A stretch of 64,000 nucleotides of DNA from Desulfatiglandales bacterium. GTDB lineage: Bacteria; Desulfobacterota; DSM-4660; Desulfatiglandales; Desulfatiglandaceae. The DNA lies in contig OY759599.1 of NCBI GenBank assembly GCA_963662465.1, positions 6,688,001 through 6,752,000 of the forward strand. Reading direction: 5' to 3'. Positions within the stretch are counted from its first letter, which is position 1, and each line of letters begins with the position of its first letter. The notes beneath the pieces are model-generated. The model was not told the DNA's origin, did not search any database, and saw only the letters and a list, made by a program, of their open reading frames with translations. The position numbers were made by a program, and so were the translations under genes. Shown here piece after piece: positions 30,950 to 41,453 of the stretch.

Positions 30950-31029
30950 GGTAAACATTAAGGCAAGACCTTCTGCGTTTAACCCTCATTTTAGGTTTAC
31001 CGCAAATTATCCGAGGAGCATCGCTGAAT

Positions 31030-31647
31030 ATGCCCAGAAACAGACTAACGGTACTTGATCAAATTGCGGCCTCAGATAAGGTTCGGAAAAAGATCATAGA
31101 CGTCGCGAGTGCGCTATACGCCAAGAAAGGCTTTGGGGCCACTTCGATTCAGGAAATCTCCGAAGCCGCGAATGTTGCGCTTCCTGTTACCTACCATTAT
31201 GCCAAGAAGAAATCTGAGATTATGCGACTCATTATGGAAGATGTGTTGAACATTTTCCAGGAGAGCCTGATCAATGAAGTCAAGGACATTGTGGACCCTG
31301 TAGAGAAGCTGGCCATTGCGGTTATCCTTTACCTCAGGGTGCTGGATCAGCAACGGGAAAAGGTGCTGCTTATCTATCAGAAATCCAGTTCAATGGACAG
31401 GAATTCAAAAACGCGGATCATGGCGCTTGAAGTTGAGGTCAGTGAAATTTTTTCGAATATCATTAATGAGGGGATTGCGCAGGGGGTCTTCAAGACGGTT
31501 GATGTTGACCTTATGGCCTACAACATTTTGATGTTATCTCACATGTGGATATTGAAGCACTGGCATTTTAAGAACCGGCTGACATTGGATAAGTACATTG
31601 ACAGTCAGTTGGTGACGATTCTGGATGCCCTCCGGGTAAAATATTAA
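31030..31647 (+). CDS. TetR/AcrR-family regulator
   Basis: KKGFGATSIQEISEAANVA..YHY..KK HTH. Confidence 0.9.
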   Translation: MPRNRLTVLDQIAASDKVRKKIIDVASALYAKKGFGATSIQEISEAANVALPVTYHYAKKKSEIMRLIMEDVLNIFQESLINEVKDIVDPVEKLAIAVILYLRVLDQQREKVLLIYQKSSSMDRNSKTRIMALEVEVSEIFSNIINEGIAQGVFKTVDVDLMAYNILMLSHMWILKHWHFKNRLTLDKYIDSQLVTILDALRVKY

Positions 31648-31700
31648 TGATGCTGTTTACGGTTGCCGGTGTACGGTTAAAAACCGGTAGCCGATAACTG

Positions 31701-32345
31701 CTACTGTCCCTTTTTTAAAATCAACAGGTTTCTCTTAAATTCCTTGCCTTTCAGGAGATATGGCTTTGAGTCGTAAATGCAAAGACCTTTCTCCTTTAAA
31801 AGAGGTTCACATTCCTCAAGAATATCCTTGAATTGATTCCCAAGAAAAGCAACCATCAGGCCCTCCGGCGCCAGATAGGGGGTACACCACTCGATGAGCC
31901 GCGGCAAAGGCGCCATGGCCCTTGACGTAATGATGTCGCATTTTGCAAATGGAAGATAGCGGGAGGGCTTTTCAATACGCTCTCTAATAACCTCTATCTC
32001 TTTAAGCTTGCAGAGGCGGATGACCTGTTTTAAAAAACTGCCTTTTTTTGAATTGGGTTCCAGGAGAAAAAATTTCATTTCCGGTTTGCAAATCTTCAGT
32101 GGAATGGCCGGAAAACCTGCTCCTGAGCCCACATCAAGAAGTAATCCTTTATCAGGAAGATATGTTGCCGGCATGAGAGAATCCGCTACCAGCTCATCGA
32201 TAATGCGTTGGGTGGATGACAGGCCCGTCAGGTTCATGTGTTGATTCCAGGCTGTCAACTCCTCTATATAAACAACGAGAAGTTCCTTTTGTTTTGACGA
32301 AAGGGTGATGTCGAGTCCGTCGAAACGCAATTCAGAGTCCTTCAT
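31701..32345 (-). CDS. rsmG: 16S rRNA m7G527 methyltransferase
   Basis: WNQHMNLT, DVGSGAGFPAIPL, ITSRA. Confidence 0.93.
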   Translation of the reverse strand: MKDSELRFDGLDITLSSKQKELLVVYIEELTAWNQHMNLTGLSSTQRIIDELVADSLMPATYLPDKGLLLDVGSGAGFPAIPLKICKPEMKFFLLEPNSKKGSFLKQVIRLCKLKEIEVIRERIEKPSRYLPFAKCDIITSRAMAPLPRLIEWCTPYLAPEGLMVAFLGNQFKDILEECEPLLKEKGLCIYDSKPYLLKGKEFKRNLLILKKGQ

Positions 32346-32470
32346 TTCCTTATCGGCACTTCGTGCCTTATTTCCTAAAAGCCTGTCACAAAAAACAAGA
32401 AATTCATTGACGGAACAACTTAAAACTTAAAACCTAAAACTTAAAACTTTTAGAACTGCGGCTTGCCGCG

Positions 32471-33124
32471 TTAGATGACAACGCGTCTCTTGATGATGGC
32501 GACGGCTTCTTCGGGCGAATCCACCAGGCGAAAAATATCAAGATCCGATTCCGAAATGGTTTTTTCCCTGACCAATACCTCTTTAATCCAGTTCAACAGT
32601 CCCCCCCAGTAGTCCGACCCCACCAGGATCACGGGAAAATGGCGAATTCTTTTGGTTTGGATGAGGGTCAAGGATTCAAAGAGCTCGTCAAGGGTGCCAA
32701 ATCCGCCCGGCATGATAATATAAGCAACGGCATATTTTACAAACATGACCTTTCGAATGAAAAAGTACTTGAAGCTCAACCGAACATTGGCGTATTTGTT
32801 GGGCTGTTGTTCATTGGGAAGCTCAATGTGAAGACCCACCGACTTTCCGTTTGCCTTGGCCGCTCCTAGGTTGGCGGCTTCCATAACGCCGGGCCCCCCG
32901 CCTGAAATCACGTTAAAACCGCTTTCCACCAGGAGGCGAGCCGCTGTGACAGTGTCTTTGTACACGTCGCTGTCAGGTGGTGTTTTTGAAGAGCCGAAAA
33001 TACTGACGGCGGGATAGGCTTCCGGCATTTCTTCAAATCCCCGTACAAACTCTGCCATGATCTGGAATATCCGCCAGGAATCTTTCAAGTTCAGATCATC
33101 AACGATATATTGATTATTCTTCAT
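32471..33124 (-). CDS. LOG-family (TIGR00730-like) protein
   Basis: SGGGPGVMEAAN, PGGFGTLDELFE; start taken at MKNNQ. Confidence 0.92.
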   Translation of the reverse strand: MKNNQYIVDDLNLKDSWRIFQIMAEFVRGFEEMPEAYPAVSIFGSSKTPPDSDVYKDTVTAARLLVESGFNVISGGGPGVMEAANLGAAKANGKSVGLHIELPNEQQPNKYANVRLSFKYFFIRKVMFVKYAVAYIIMPGGFGTLDELFESLTLIQTKRIRHFPVILVGSDYWGGLLNWIKEVLVREKTISESDLDIFRLVDSPEEAVAIIKRRVVI

Positions 33125-33337
33125 GGTAAATATCCTTTCACCTTGGTTAAATCTACAAAAAAACCATTGCTTTTTATCATCGCATACTTTAGCTTTTAGC
33201 TTTAACCGACATGGAATAATAGGGCGATGGCGGATGGGTGTCAAGGGATAGATGGAATTATAGGCCTGTAGCGTCAATGATGGCGTTAAAGGAATGGGTA
33301 TCTTTAACCAGAAAACAAACAGTAAGGAGGTCGGCTA

Positions 33338-33544
33338 TTGGATCGAGTTGCGCGTGTCACTGAAATTATCGGCGCCTCTCCCGTGAGTTTTGATGAGGCA
33401 ATCAAAACCGGTTTTGAAAGGGCCAGAAAAACATTGAGGGGGATCACCGGTCTAAGGGTTCTCGAGCAAAGAGTCGCAGTCGAGGATGATACGATACGCG
33501 AATATCGGGTCAGAATGGAAGTTATATTTATTCTCGAAACGTAA
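33338..33544 (+). CDS. Dodecin-family protein (third, divergent copy; TTG start)
   Basis: AAGGAGG RBS; VTEIIGASPVSFDEAI..YRVRMEVIF. Confidence 0.85.
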   Translation: MDRVARVTEIIGASPVSFDEAIKTGFERARKTLRGITGLRVLEQRVAVEDDTIREYRVRMEVIFILET

Positions 33545-33563
33545 ATTGAACGACCTAGAGGAA

Positions 33564-34268
33564 ATGATTATGGAAGAAGAGAATCGTCGGGGAAATACCC
33601 ATGATGCGGACCAGGATTTCTTGACGGACATCAGCAGTCAGTTTAGTGGAAAAGACCAAGAGGAAGATTTTTTGAATAGTATTGGTTCCTCTCCACGGGA
33701 AGATGTTCAGGTCAATGTGGGGGAACGAGTCAGACAGGTGAGGGAAGAACGGGAACTGACGCTGACGGATATTTCTCAGAGAACAGACCTGGATGTTGCA
33801 TTCCTGGAGCAGATCGAAAATGGTAGTGTGGCGCCGCCTCTTGGCACCGTTATTAAGCTGGCCAAGGCCCTGGATCTCAAAATGGGTTATTTTATATCGG
33901 GTGAGGAAAATATGCCCTATACCGTTGTGCGGAAAAACGACCGAAAAGTTATCTCACGTTACAGCGGCAAAAAGGGCAAATATTATGGATACGGCTATGA
34001 GTCATTGGCCCCCCATAAAAAAGATCGGCATATGGAACCCTTTCTCATTTCCCTTGAACCTTCCAAGACCGATGAAGAACGATCCGCACATGATGGGCAG
34101 GAATTTATTTATGTTTTGGAGGGCGCTATGGAAGTTAGACTCGGTGAAGCGGTTTACATTCTTGAAGCGGGTGATTCCATATACTATGACTCCACGGTTC
34201 CCCATCTTGTCAAGAATCATGGCGGTGATGTCGCCAGGATTTTGGCGGTTCTCTATTCGGAGGGATGA
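33564..34268 (+). CDS. XRE-family regulator with cupin domain
   Basis: HTH LTDISQRT..IENG..PPLG; cupin HDGQEFIYVLEG..GDSIYYDSTVPH. Confidence 0.9.
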   Translation: MIMEEENRRGNTHDADQDFLTDISSQFSGKDQEEDFLNSIGSSPREDVQVNVGERVRQVREERELTLTDISQRTDLDVAFLEQIENGSVAPPLGTVIKLAKALDLKMGYFISGEENMPYTVVRKNDRKVISRYSGKKGKYYGYGYESLAPHKKDRHMEPFLISLEPSKTDEERSAHDGQEFIYVLEGAMEVRLGEAVYILEAGDSIYYDSTVPHLVKNHGGDVARILAVLYSEG

Positions 34269-34275
34269 ATCTTAA

Positions 34276-34698
34276 ATGATTGTGTTTGACTTGGAGTGTT
34301 CTCAGGGACACCTTTTCGAAGGCTGGTTCGACAGTCTGGAGTCCTTTGAGGAACAGAATTCTGAAGATCTTGTGCGGTGTCCTTATTGTGATGAGGCCAA
34401 TGTCAGGAAGGTCCTTTCGCCTGTGGCGCTAAGAATGTCATCACCGCAAGAGACCGACCATTCGACGGCCATCAATTATCAGCGTCTGGCAAGAGAGGTC
34501 GTTGAGTATATTAATAAAAATTCTGAAGATGTCGGCGCCCGATTCGCTGCCGAGGCTTTAAAAATCCATTACGGCGTTACTGAAAAAAGAAGCATTCGCG
34601 GATCGGCAACCGAGGAAGAGGAAAAGACGTTGAAAGAAGAGGGGGTGGCGTTTTTAAAGGTCCCTTTGCCCGTATCCGTCTCCGACAAAAAGAATTGA
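34276..34698 (+). CDS. DUF1178-family protein
   Basis: MIVFDLEC..GHLFEGWF, CPYC, VGARFAAEALKIHYG, IRGSAT. Confidence 0.88.
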   Translation: MIVFDLECSQGHLFEGWFDSLESFEEQNSEDLVRCPYCDEANVRKVLSPVALRMSSPQETDHSTAINYQRLAREVVEYINKNSEDVGARFAAEALKIHYGVTEKRSIRGSATEEEEKTLKEEGVAFLKVPLPVSVSDKKN

Positions 34699-34756
34699 AT
34701 GGATAAAGGCACGGACGCAGCGTAGAATTTCCGCCTATTAATGAGGAGTGGTATGT

Positions 34757-35353
34757 ATGAGTAAGATAAAAAGAGCGATCATCAGCGTTACCGACAAAAC
34801 GGGGATTGTGGATTTTGCATTATCCCTGAGCAAATTCCATGTGGAGATACTGTCAACGGGGGGGACGGCCAAAGCCTTGCGTGAGGGCGGTGTTTCCGTG
34901 ACGGATATTTCAGCGTATACCGGTTTTCCGGAAATGATGGACGGTCGCGTCAAAACGCTTCATCCGAAGGTGCATGGCGGGCTTCTGGGCTTGCGCGATA
35001 ACCCCGATCATGTCAAAGTGATGGCGGAGCATGGGATCAAAGGGATCGACCTGCTGGTGGTGAATCTGTACCAGTTTGAAAAGACCGTATCCAAAAAAGG
35101 CGTGACGTTGGCGGAGGCCATCGAGAATATCGATATTGGAGGGCCCTCCATGCTTCGATCCGCCGCGAAGAATTTTAAGGATGTTACGGTCGTTGTTGAT
35201 CCTGACGATTATCCTGGGGTTTTGGCGGAGATGAACGCTACGGCCGGGGAGACACAGCTCTCCACAAGGTTTCGATTGGCCAAAAAGGTGTTCCGTTTGA
35301 CCCATGAATACGATGGCGCCATAAGCCGGTATCTGGAAATAACGGAATTATAA
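34757..35353 (+). CDS. purH: Stand-alone IMP cyclohydrolase (PurH N-terminal/MGS domain)
   Basis: [30 protein letters not shown]; ends before the AICAR transformylase domain. Confidence 0.88.
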   Translation: MSKIKRAIISVTDKTGIVDFALSLSKFHVEILSTGGTAKALREGGVSVTDISAYTGFPEMMDGRVKTLHPKVHGGLLGLRDNPDHVKVMAEHGIKGIDLLVVNLYQFEKTVSKKGVTLAEAIENIDIGGPSMLRSAAKNFKDVTVVVDPDDYPGVLAEMNATAGETQLSTRFRLAKKVFRLTHEYDGAISRYLEITEL

Positions 35354-35387
35354 AGGGGTTTGTCCGGCAAAAAAACTTCTGTTCTGC

Positions 35388-36269
35388 TCAGGGGTAAACC
35401 GCCCTGATATTTCGCTGGATTCTTCGAAGACCGGGGCGGGCAAGGGCCGTTTTGCCAAATTGATTGTCAAATTCTTCATTGTCCATTTGCAGAAACGCCT
35501 CGATAGAGGGAAGCGAGGCCGTTTTGGCTTTTTTAACTTGATTGAACGGGCATACTTCCTGGCAAATATCACACCCCAGGAAACATTGACCCATCTTTTT
35601 CCCTGTTTCACGACCAAATTCGCCATCATATTCAATGGTGAGGTACGAAAGGCATTTGGACGCATCCAGGTGGTAAGGACCTTCAAGAGCGCCGGTGGGG
35701 CAGGCATCCAGGCAGCGTGTGCAGGGACCGCAACGGTTTTTCATGGGTTGGACTTCATGACAAGGCAGGGAAGCCGTGGTTAGAATTTCAGCCAGAAAAA
35801 CATAGGAACCCTCACCGGGAACAATCAGCATGTTATTTTTCCCCAAAAAACCCATTCCGGATTTATAGGCAAAACTCCGTTCAAGGATTGGCGCCGAATC
35901 GACGCAAACCCTGGTTTTGGCATTCGGGTATGATTCCCTGAGCTGCAAAGCGAGGTCCTTGGCTTTTTTTCGAAGCCGACGGTGATAGTCCTCCTTTTGG
36001 GGCTCGCTGTATCTGGCCATGGCAAACCCTTCAGGCGTACAGGGTTTTGTGGGAGAATAGGGGTAGGCCAGGCTGATGATGGTTCGGCATTCCGGAAGGA
36101 GCATCTCCGGGTTTTCTCTCAAATCCCGATGCCTTTTGAGCCATGCCATCCGCCCCAATTTTCCGGCCTCAACCCATGTGCAAAATTCGTCGAAAAACAG
36201 AGGCTTCAGGGGTCGAGAGAACCCTATCGCAACAAAACCCAATGCTTTGGCCTGGTCAACAATATCCAT
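35388..36269 (-). CDS. queG: Epoxyqueuosine reductase
   Basis: DYH, VDSAPILER, CGPCTRCLDACPT, CLSYLTIE, GCDICQEVCP. Confidence 0.93.
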   Translation of the reverse strand: MDIVDQAKALGFVAIGFSRPLKPLFFDEFCTWVEAGKLGRMAWLKRHRDLRENPEMLLPECRTIISLAYPYSPTKPCTPEGFAMARYSEPQKEDYHRRLRKKAKDLALQLRESYPNAKTRVCVDSAPILERSFAYKSGMGFLGKNNMLIVPGEGSYVFLAEILTTASLPCHEVQPMKNRCGPCTRCLDACPTGALEGPYHLDASKCLSYLTIEYDGEFGRETGKKMGQCFLGCDICQEVCPFNQVKKAKTASLPSIEAFLQMDNEEFDNQFGKTALARPGLRRIQRNIRAVYP

Positions 36270-36283
36270 GATTTTCCGTAGGG

Positions 36284-37177
36284 TTATTCGACGGAAAAGG
36301 GGGTGAGGCTTTCAACGCCATCCTCCGTAACAAGCAAGCTTTGTTCAAACTGCGCGGAAAGCGCCCCATCCAGCGTGACCGCTGTCCAGTTGTCGTCCAG
36401 CACGCGGAGATCCTTTTTGCCCAGGTTGATCATGGGTTCAATGGTGAAAACCATTCCCGGAATCAGCGCGATGCCTTCCCCGCAACGCCCATGGTGAGGC
36501 ACCTGGGGCGGTTCGTGAAAATCAAGGCCAACGCCATGACCTACAAATTCCCTTACGACCGAGCAGCCTTGACTTTCCGCATAGGACTGAATCGCAAAGC
36601 CGATGTCGCCGATACGATTTCCGGGGCGGACCATCATCATGCCCCGTTTGAGACATTCACGCGCCACGGCCACAATTTTTTGGGCGTTTGAATCCGGGGC
36701 GCCCACAAAAAACGTTTTATTGACATCGGCGTAATATCCATCCAGGATGGGTGTAACATCCACATTGACGATATCGCCATCCGCCAGGATTCTGTCGCCG
36801 GGGATGCCGTGGCAAATGACCTCGTTTACGGAAACGCAAACGCTTTTTGGAAAGCCCCGGTAACCCAGCGGCGCCGGTATGGCGCCATGTTTAAGGGTGT
36901 ACTCGTGAACGATGGTGTTGACGTCGTCCGTGGTCATCCCGGATTGAATGGATGATTCCACCAGATCAAGGGTGGCGAGAGCAAGACGTCCTGCTTTTTT
37001 TATCCCCTGGATGTCCCTTGAGTCCTTGATCCGAATGCCATGTTTTTGAAGGTATAGATTTTTGTTGCTGTTTTTGGGCTGTAAACTTTCTTTGTGAAGA
37101 CAGCATTTCTTGTATTTCAGACCGCTTCCACAGGGGCAGGGGTCGTTGCGATGTATCTTCACCCTTTTGTTTTTCAT
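36284..37177 (-). CDS. map: Methionine aminopeptidase with N-terminal SEC-C motif
   Basis: [39 protein letters not shown]. Confidence 0.95.
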   Translation of the reverse strand: MKNKRVKIHRNDPCPCGSGLKYKKCCLHKESLQPKNSNKNLYLQKHGIRIKDSRDIQGIKKAGRLALATLDLVESSIQSGMTTDDVNTIVHEYTLKHGAIPAPLGYRGFPKSVCVSVNEVICHGIPGDRILADGDIVNVDVTPILDGYYADVNKTFFVGAPDSNAQKIVAVARECLKRGMMMVRPGNRIGDIGFAIQSYAESQGCSVVREFVGHGVGLDFHEPPQVPHHGRCGEGIALIPGMVFTIEPMINLGKKDLRVLDDNWTAVTLDGALSAQFEQSLLVTEDGVESLTPFSVE

Positions 37178-37356
37178 TAAAAATTTTTCAACCTCTGGTT
37201 TAGAATTTACAATTCCATAAAATTCAGAGGCCCTTAAACCTTGAATCGGGCATCCCTGGATGTTATAAGAAGCGCCACTATAACAGGGCGTGGTTTTCAG
37301 GTCAATGGCTTGAAAGTATGTTCATCAAGCGCCAATGATATCAAAGGTCTAAAAAC

Positions 37357-38325
37357 ATGAAAAAAACAGCTTTAATTCTGGGCGTTTCCGGTCAGGACGG
37401 GTCGTATCTGGCAAAATTTCTTCTGGCAAAGGGCTACCGGGTTGTGGGTTCTTCACGGGATGCTCAAATGTCTTCTTTTTCCAATTTGAAGCGTTTGCGC
37501 GTTTATGACGCGATAGAACTTGAATCCGTATCCTTGAACGATTTTCGAAGCGTGCTGCAGGTTCTCAAAAAAGTGCGACCGAATGAAGTCTATAATCTTG
37601 CCGGACAGACTTCCGTGGGGTTATCTTTTGAGCAACCGGTTGAGTCGTTTGAAAGCATTAGCATCGGCACTTTGAACCTGTTGGAATCCATTCGGTTTTT
37701 AAATATTCCGACCCGCCTCTATAATGCGGGTTCCAGTGAATGCTTTGGCAATACGGAAGGCGTTTCGGCCAATGAGGATACACCCTTTCGACCCAGGAGT
37801 CCATATGCCGTGGCAAAGGCGGCCGCTTTCTGGCATATGGCCAATTACCGGGAAGCCTATGGGCTTTTTGCTTGTTCAGGTCTGCTGTTTAATCATGAGT
37901 CCCCACTGAGGCCGGAACGGTTCGTGACCCGCAAAATTGTGAATGCGGTTTGCCGTATCGCGAGGGGAAGCGCCGAGGTTTTGGAGCTTGGAAATATTGC
38001 AGTCGAGCGAGATTGGGGATGGGCCCCTGAATACATCGAGGCCATGTGGCTCATGCTTCAGCAGGAAAACCCGGAGGACTACGTCATCGCCACCGGCGAA
38101 ACCCACAAACTGGAAGATTTTGTTTGTGACGCCTTTAATGCGGTGGGTTTGAATTGGAACGATCATGTGAAGACAAATCGGTCTCTATTTCGGCCGACGG
38201 ATATTTTAACCGTCAAGGCAAATCCGGACAAAGCCTTTAGAAAATTGGGATGGAAGGCCCGATATAAAATGAAGGATGTGGCCGGGAAGATGGTGGCTGA
38301 AGAGCTTAAGCTTTTGGAAAAATAG
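37357..38325 (+). CDS. GDP-mannose 4,6-dehydratase-like SDR (short paralog)
   Basis: GVSGQDGSYL, SPYAVAK, LFNHESPLR, RDWG. Confidence 0.88.
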   Translation: MKKTALILGVSGQDGSYLAKFLLAKGYRVVGSSRDAQMSSFSNLKRLRVYDAIELESVSLNDFRSVLQVLKKVRPNEVYNLAGQTSVGLSFEQPVESFESISIGTLNLLESIRFLNIPTRLYNAGSSECFGNTEGVSANEDTPFRPRSPYAVAKAAAFWHMANYREAYGLFACSGLLFNHESPLRPERFVTRKIVNAVCRIARGSAEVLELGNIAVERDWGWAPEYIEAMWLMLQQENPEDYVIATGETHKLEDFVCDAFNAVGLNWNDHVKTNRSLFRPTDILTVKANPDKAFRKLGWKARYKMKDVAGKMVAEELKLLEK

Positions 38326-38446
38326 AGGTCGGACATCAGAAGTCAGGAGACGGAGTTCTTAGCAAAACCAAATGTTTTGCCACAGAGAGCCTTATTCTTT
38401 TGACGGAGTTTATGGCATAAGGACCTAAAATATTCGGAGAAAATCT

Positions 38447-39532
38447 ATGAAAAGAGCACTGATAACCGGAATTACCGGGCAGGATGGGGCCTATTTGGCT
38501 GAGCTGATGTTAAAGAAGGATTATGAGGTTCACGGTATTAAGCGCAGGGCTTCCCAGTTTAATACGGACCGAATCGATCACCTTTACCAGGATCCCCATG
38601 AATCCGACAGACGGTTTGTGCTTCACTACGGAGATATGACCGATTCCACTAATCTTATCCGTATTGTTCAGCAGGTGCAACCTGATGAAATTTACAACCT
38701 TGCTGCCCAGAGTCACGTTCAAGTGTCTTTTGAAACCCCTGAGTATACCGCGAATGCGGATGCCCTGGGTACACTTCGGATTCTCGAGGCCGTTCGTATC
38801 CTGGGGCTTGAAAAGAAAACAAAATTCTATCAGGCGTCTACCTCCGAACTTTACGGACTGGTTCAGGAGACGCCGCAAACCGAAAAAACCCCTTTCTATC
38901 CGCGTTCTCCCTATGCGGCGGCAAAGCTCTATGCCTATTGGATTACCGTCAATTACAGAGAGGCTTACGGTATTTTCGGGTGCAACGGCATCCTGTTTAA
39001 TCACGAATCACCCATACGGGGTGAAACCTTTGTGACCCGGAAAATTACAAGAGGTTTGGCGCGGATCAAGTTGGGATTTCAGGATTGTATTTATTTGGGG
39101 AACCTTGATGGAAAACGAGACTGGGGGCATGCTCGGGACTATGTGGAATTGATGTGGCTGATGCTCCAGCAAAAAGAACCAAAGGATTATGTGATTGCCA
39201 CGGGGATACAGCACTCGGTTAGGGATTTCGTCAACATCGCGGGTAGGGAGGTCGGTTTTGACATGCGCTGGGAAGGTGAAGGCGTTCTGGAAAAGGGATA
39301 TGACCGAAATACCGGAAAATGCATTGTGGCCGTCGACCCCAGATACTATCGTCCTACGGAGGTTGATGCCCTTCTGGGGGATGCAAGTCTTGCACGGGAA
39401 GCGCTGGGCTGGACGCCCAAGACCTCATTTGAGGAGATGGTGACGGAAATGGTTGCTCAGGATCTTAAGGAAACCAGCCGTGATCTGCTTTGCAGCAACG
39501 AAGGGTTCTCCGTCAAAAATTATTTCGAGTGA
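38447..39532 (+). CDS. gmd: GDP-mannose 4,6-dehydratase
   Basis: [42 protein letters not shown]. Confidence 0.95.
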   Translation: MKRALITGITGQDGAYLAELMLKKDYEVHGIKRRASQFNTDRIDHLYQDPHESDRRFVLHYGDMTDSTNLIRIVQQVQPDEIYNLAAQSHVQVSFETPEYTANADALGTLRILEAVRILGLEKKTKFYQASTSELYGLVQETPQTEKTPFYPRSPYAAAKLYAYWITVNYREAYGIFGCNGILFNHESPIRGETFVTRKITRGLARIKLGFQDCIYLGNLDGKRDWGHARDYVELMWLMLQQKEPKDYVIATGIQHSVRDFVNIAGREVGFDMRWEGEGVLEKGYDRNTGKCIVAVDPRYYRPTEVDALLGDASLAREALGWTPKTSFEEMVTEMVAQDLKETSRDLLCSNEGFSVKNYFE

Positions 39533-39614
39533 TACCTCTTATGTGAATGGGCAGAAGAAACTTATTGACAGGGAACCACTTCGCTGATATTAATTTATGT
39601 TTTCAATTTTAGAA

Positions 39615-39709
39615 CGGCTCCTTGTCCCTCAATGCTTATGGATTTGCCATGCAAGAGCAGGGACCGAAGAAATCCTGGAAAAGGAAATGCCCGAAGGGAG
39701 AAAAAGAGT
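39615..39709 (+). promoter_or_regulatory. Putative S6:S18 autoregulatory leader of rpsF
   Basis: CTCCTT-GTCCCT...AGGGAC hairpin; CTCCTT can pair with the SD AAGGGAG; TTGACA-17-TATTAA at 39565-39593. Confidence 0.55.
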
Positions 39710-40144
39710 ATGCGATATTATGAAACCCTGTATATCATCAACCCTAGTTTGGCGGAAGAAGATTACCGTGCTGTTGTCGCCAAATTTACAGATGCCGTGG
39801 GTAAAAACAAAGGCGTTGTAACCAAAGTAGATGAATGGGGCAAGAAAACATTAGCTTATGACATCAAAAAATTTGATAAGGGCTATTATGTGCTTCTGCA
39901 GTATTGTGGGGAAGCGGGTTTGACTGCGGAACTGAAAAGAGAAATGAGTCTGGATGACAGAATCCTTAAATATCAGATCATCAAATTGAGTGATAATGCT
40001 GATCTTGAAGAACTGATGCCAAAGCCTGTTGCAAGCGAAGTCGAAGCTGAAGCTAAGGTCGCTGAAGCCGAAGTACCCGAAGGCGAAGCAGTCAAAAAAG
40101 AGGAAACAATTACGGAAGGCGAGGGTGAAAAAGATGGCTTTTAA
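39710..40144 (+). CDS. rpsF: 30S ribosomal protein S6
   Basis: [22 protein letters not shown]. Confidence 0.96.
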   Translation: MRYYETLYIINPSLAEEDYRAVVAKFTDAVGKNKGVVTKVDEWGKKTLAYDIKKFDKGYYVLLQYCGEAGLTAELKREMSLDDRILKYQIIKLSDNADLEELMPKPVASEVEAEAKVAEAEVPEGEAVKKEETITEGEGEKDGF

Positions 40145-40421
40145 TAGATCTTTTAACAAAAGTAGTGGCGATAATCGAAACAAGGGCAAGTTCAGGAAAA
40201 CATTCCACAGACGAAAAGTGTGCAAATTCTGTGCGGACAGCAGCCTTCCCATTGATTATAAAGACGTTAAGGTTCTCAGGTATTTCACGACCGAACGAGG
40301 TAAAATTACGCCGCGTAGGATTTCCGGGAACTGTGCCAAGCACCAGCGCATTCTAACCGTGGCCATCAAGCGGGCACGGAACATTGCCCTTTTGCCATAT
40401 ACAACGTCTATCATCCGATAA
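40134..40421 (+). CDS. rpsR: 30S ribosomal protein S18 (Zn-binding form)
   Basis: [28 protein letters not shown]. Confidence 0.96.
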   Translation: MAFNRSFNKSSGDNRNKGKFRKTFHRRKVCKFCADSSLPIDYKDVKVLRYFTTERGKITPRRISGNCAKHQRILTVAIKRARNIALLPYTTSIIR

Positions 40422-40493
40422 TCCCAAATTCTTTAAAAACACTCTGGAGCCTCTTCAGAGTGTTTGGGGCTTTTTTGCCATTCCTGAAATTCG

Positions 40494-41432
40494 ATGAAAA
40501 CGACAGATGTGCTAGGGTGTGTGGGTGGGGCCGCGTTTCTTCTTCTGGCTTCCGCTTGGATTCCTTTTATAGGCCCTTTTTTCAGTCTCCTGACACCATT
40601 GCCGTTTCTCTGTTACGCAACCCGCCTGGGTCTCCGCCAGGGGATAAAGCTTGGAGCGGTAGCCGTCTTTATCATCGGACTCCTTGCCAACTTTATGGGA
40701 CAGCCGCAGATTGTACTTTTTGTTCTTGAGTTCAGCATTATTGGCGTGGGTTTATCTGAGCTTTTCAGACGGGAGCTGGCCCTGGGTAAAATGTTGTTTC
40801 TGGCAACGGTTTTTATGCTTTTGCTGGGTTTTGTGTTGCTTTTTTTCATCGCTCTTTCAGAAAATATGGGTCCCATTGAGATGATTCTTGCCTATATGGC
40901 GGAACACCTGAATGCTACCGTTGCGGCCTATAAGGATGTGAATGTGGAAGGCGCCAATTCTCTGGATTTAGAGACTTACGCAAAGGCATTCATGTTGGTC
41001 ATTTCGAAAATATACCCTTCCCTTATGATTATCGGTACGGGGTTTGCGCTCTGGCTGAATATTGTAATTGCCAAACCGCTCTTCAGTTTGTGGGGCCTGA
41101 AATATCCCCATTTTGAACCGATGGACTGCTGGCAGTCCTCTGAATCGCTGGTGTGGGGGGTCATCATTTCCGGTTTTGCATTATTTTTGTCATCAGGGAG
41201 TGTTGAATTTCTGGCCATAAACGCCCTGATTGTTATTGTGGCCATCTATCTTTTTCACGGGCTATCGATCGTGCTGTTCTTCTTGAATAAATATAAGGTT
41301 CCCACTTGGATCAGAGTTGGCGTGTATTTTTTGATCATGATTCAGCAGCTCTTTTTTGTTGTGCTGATACTTGCCGGTTTGTTTGATCAGTGGGCTGATT
41401 TCAGGAGAATACATCGAAGATCCGATAGCTGA
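40494..41432 (+). CDS. YybS/DUF2232 membrane protein
   Basis: Multi-TM, GLFDQWADFR tail, located between rpsR and rplI. Confidence 0.85.
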   Translation: MKTTDVLGCVGGAAFLLLASAWIPFIGPFFSLLTPLPFLCYATRLGLRQGIKLGAVAVFIIGLLANFMGQPQIVLFVLEFSIIGVGLSELFRRELALGKMLFLATVFMLLLGFVLLFFIALSENMGPIEMILAYMAEHLNATVAAYKDVNVEGANSLDLETYAKAFMLVISKIYPSLMIIGTGFALWLNIVIAKPLFSLWGLKYPHFEPMDCWQSSESLVWGVIISGFALFLSSGSVEFLAINALIVIVAIYLFHGLSIVLFFLNKYKVPTWIRVGVYFLIMIQQLFFVVLILAGLFDQWADFRRIHRRSDS

Positions 41433-41453
41433 TGCAGTATGGAGGACAACCGA

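Larger units (their letters stand above)
30392..31000 (+). repeat. 304-bp tandem duplication carrying dodecin
   Basis: ccgggttgttggccaaaacattctaatggaa at 30392 and 30696; the flanks are duplicated too. Confidence 0.92.

Noticed and set aside
37357..39532. Tandem gmd paralogs as a novel pathway
   Set aside because: Paired GDP-sugar SDRs are common, and nothing else distinctive is present
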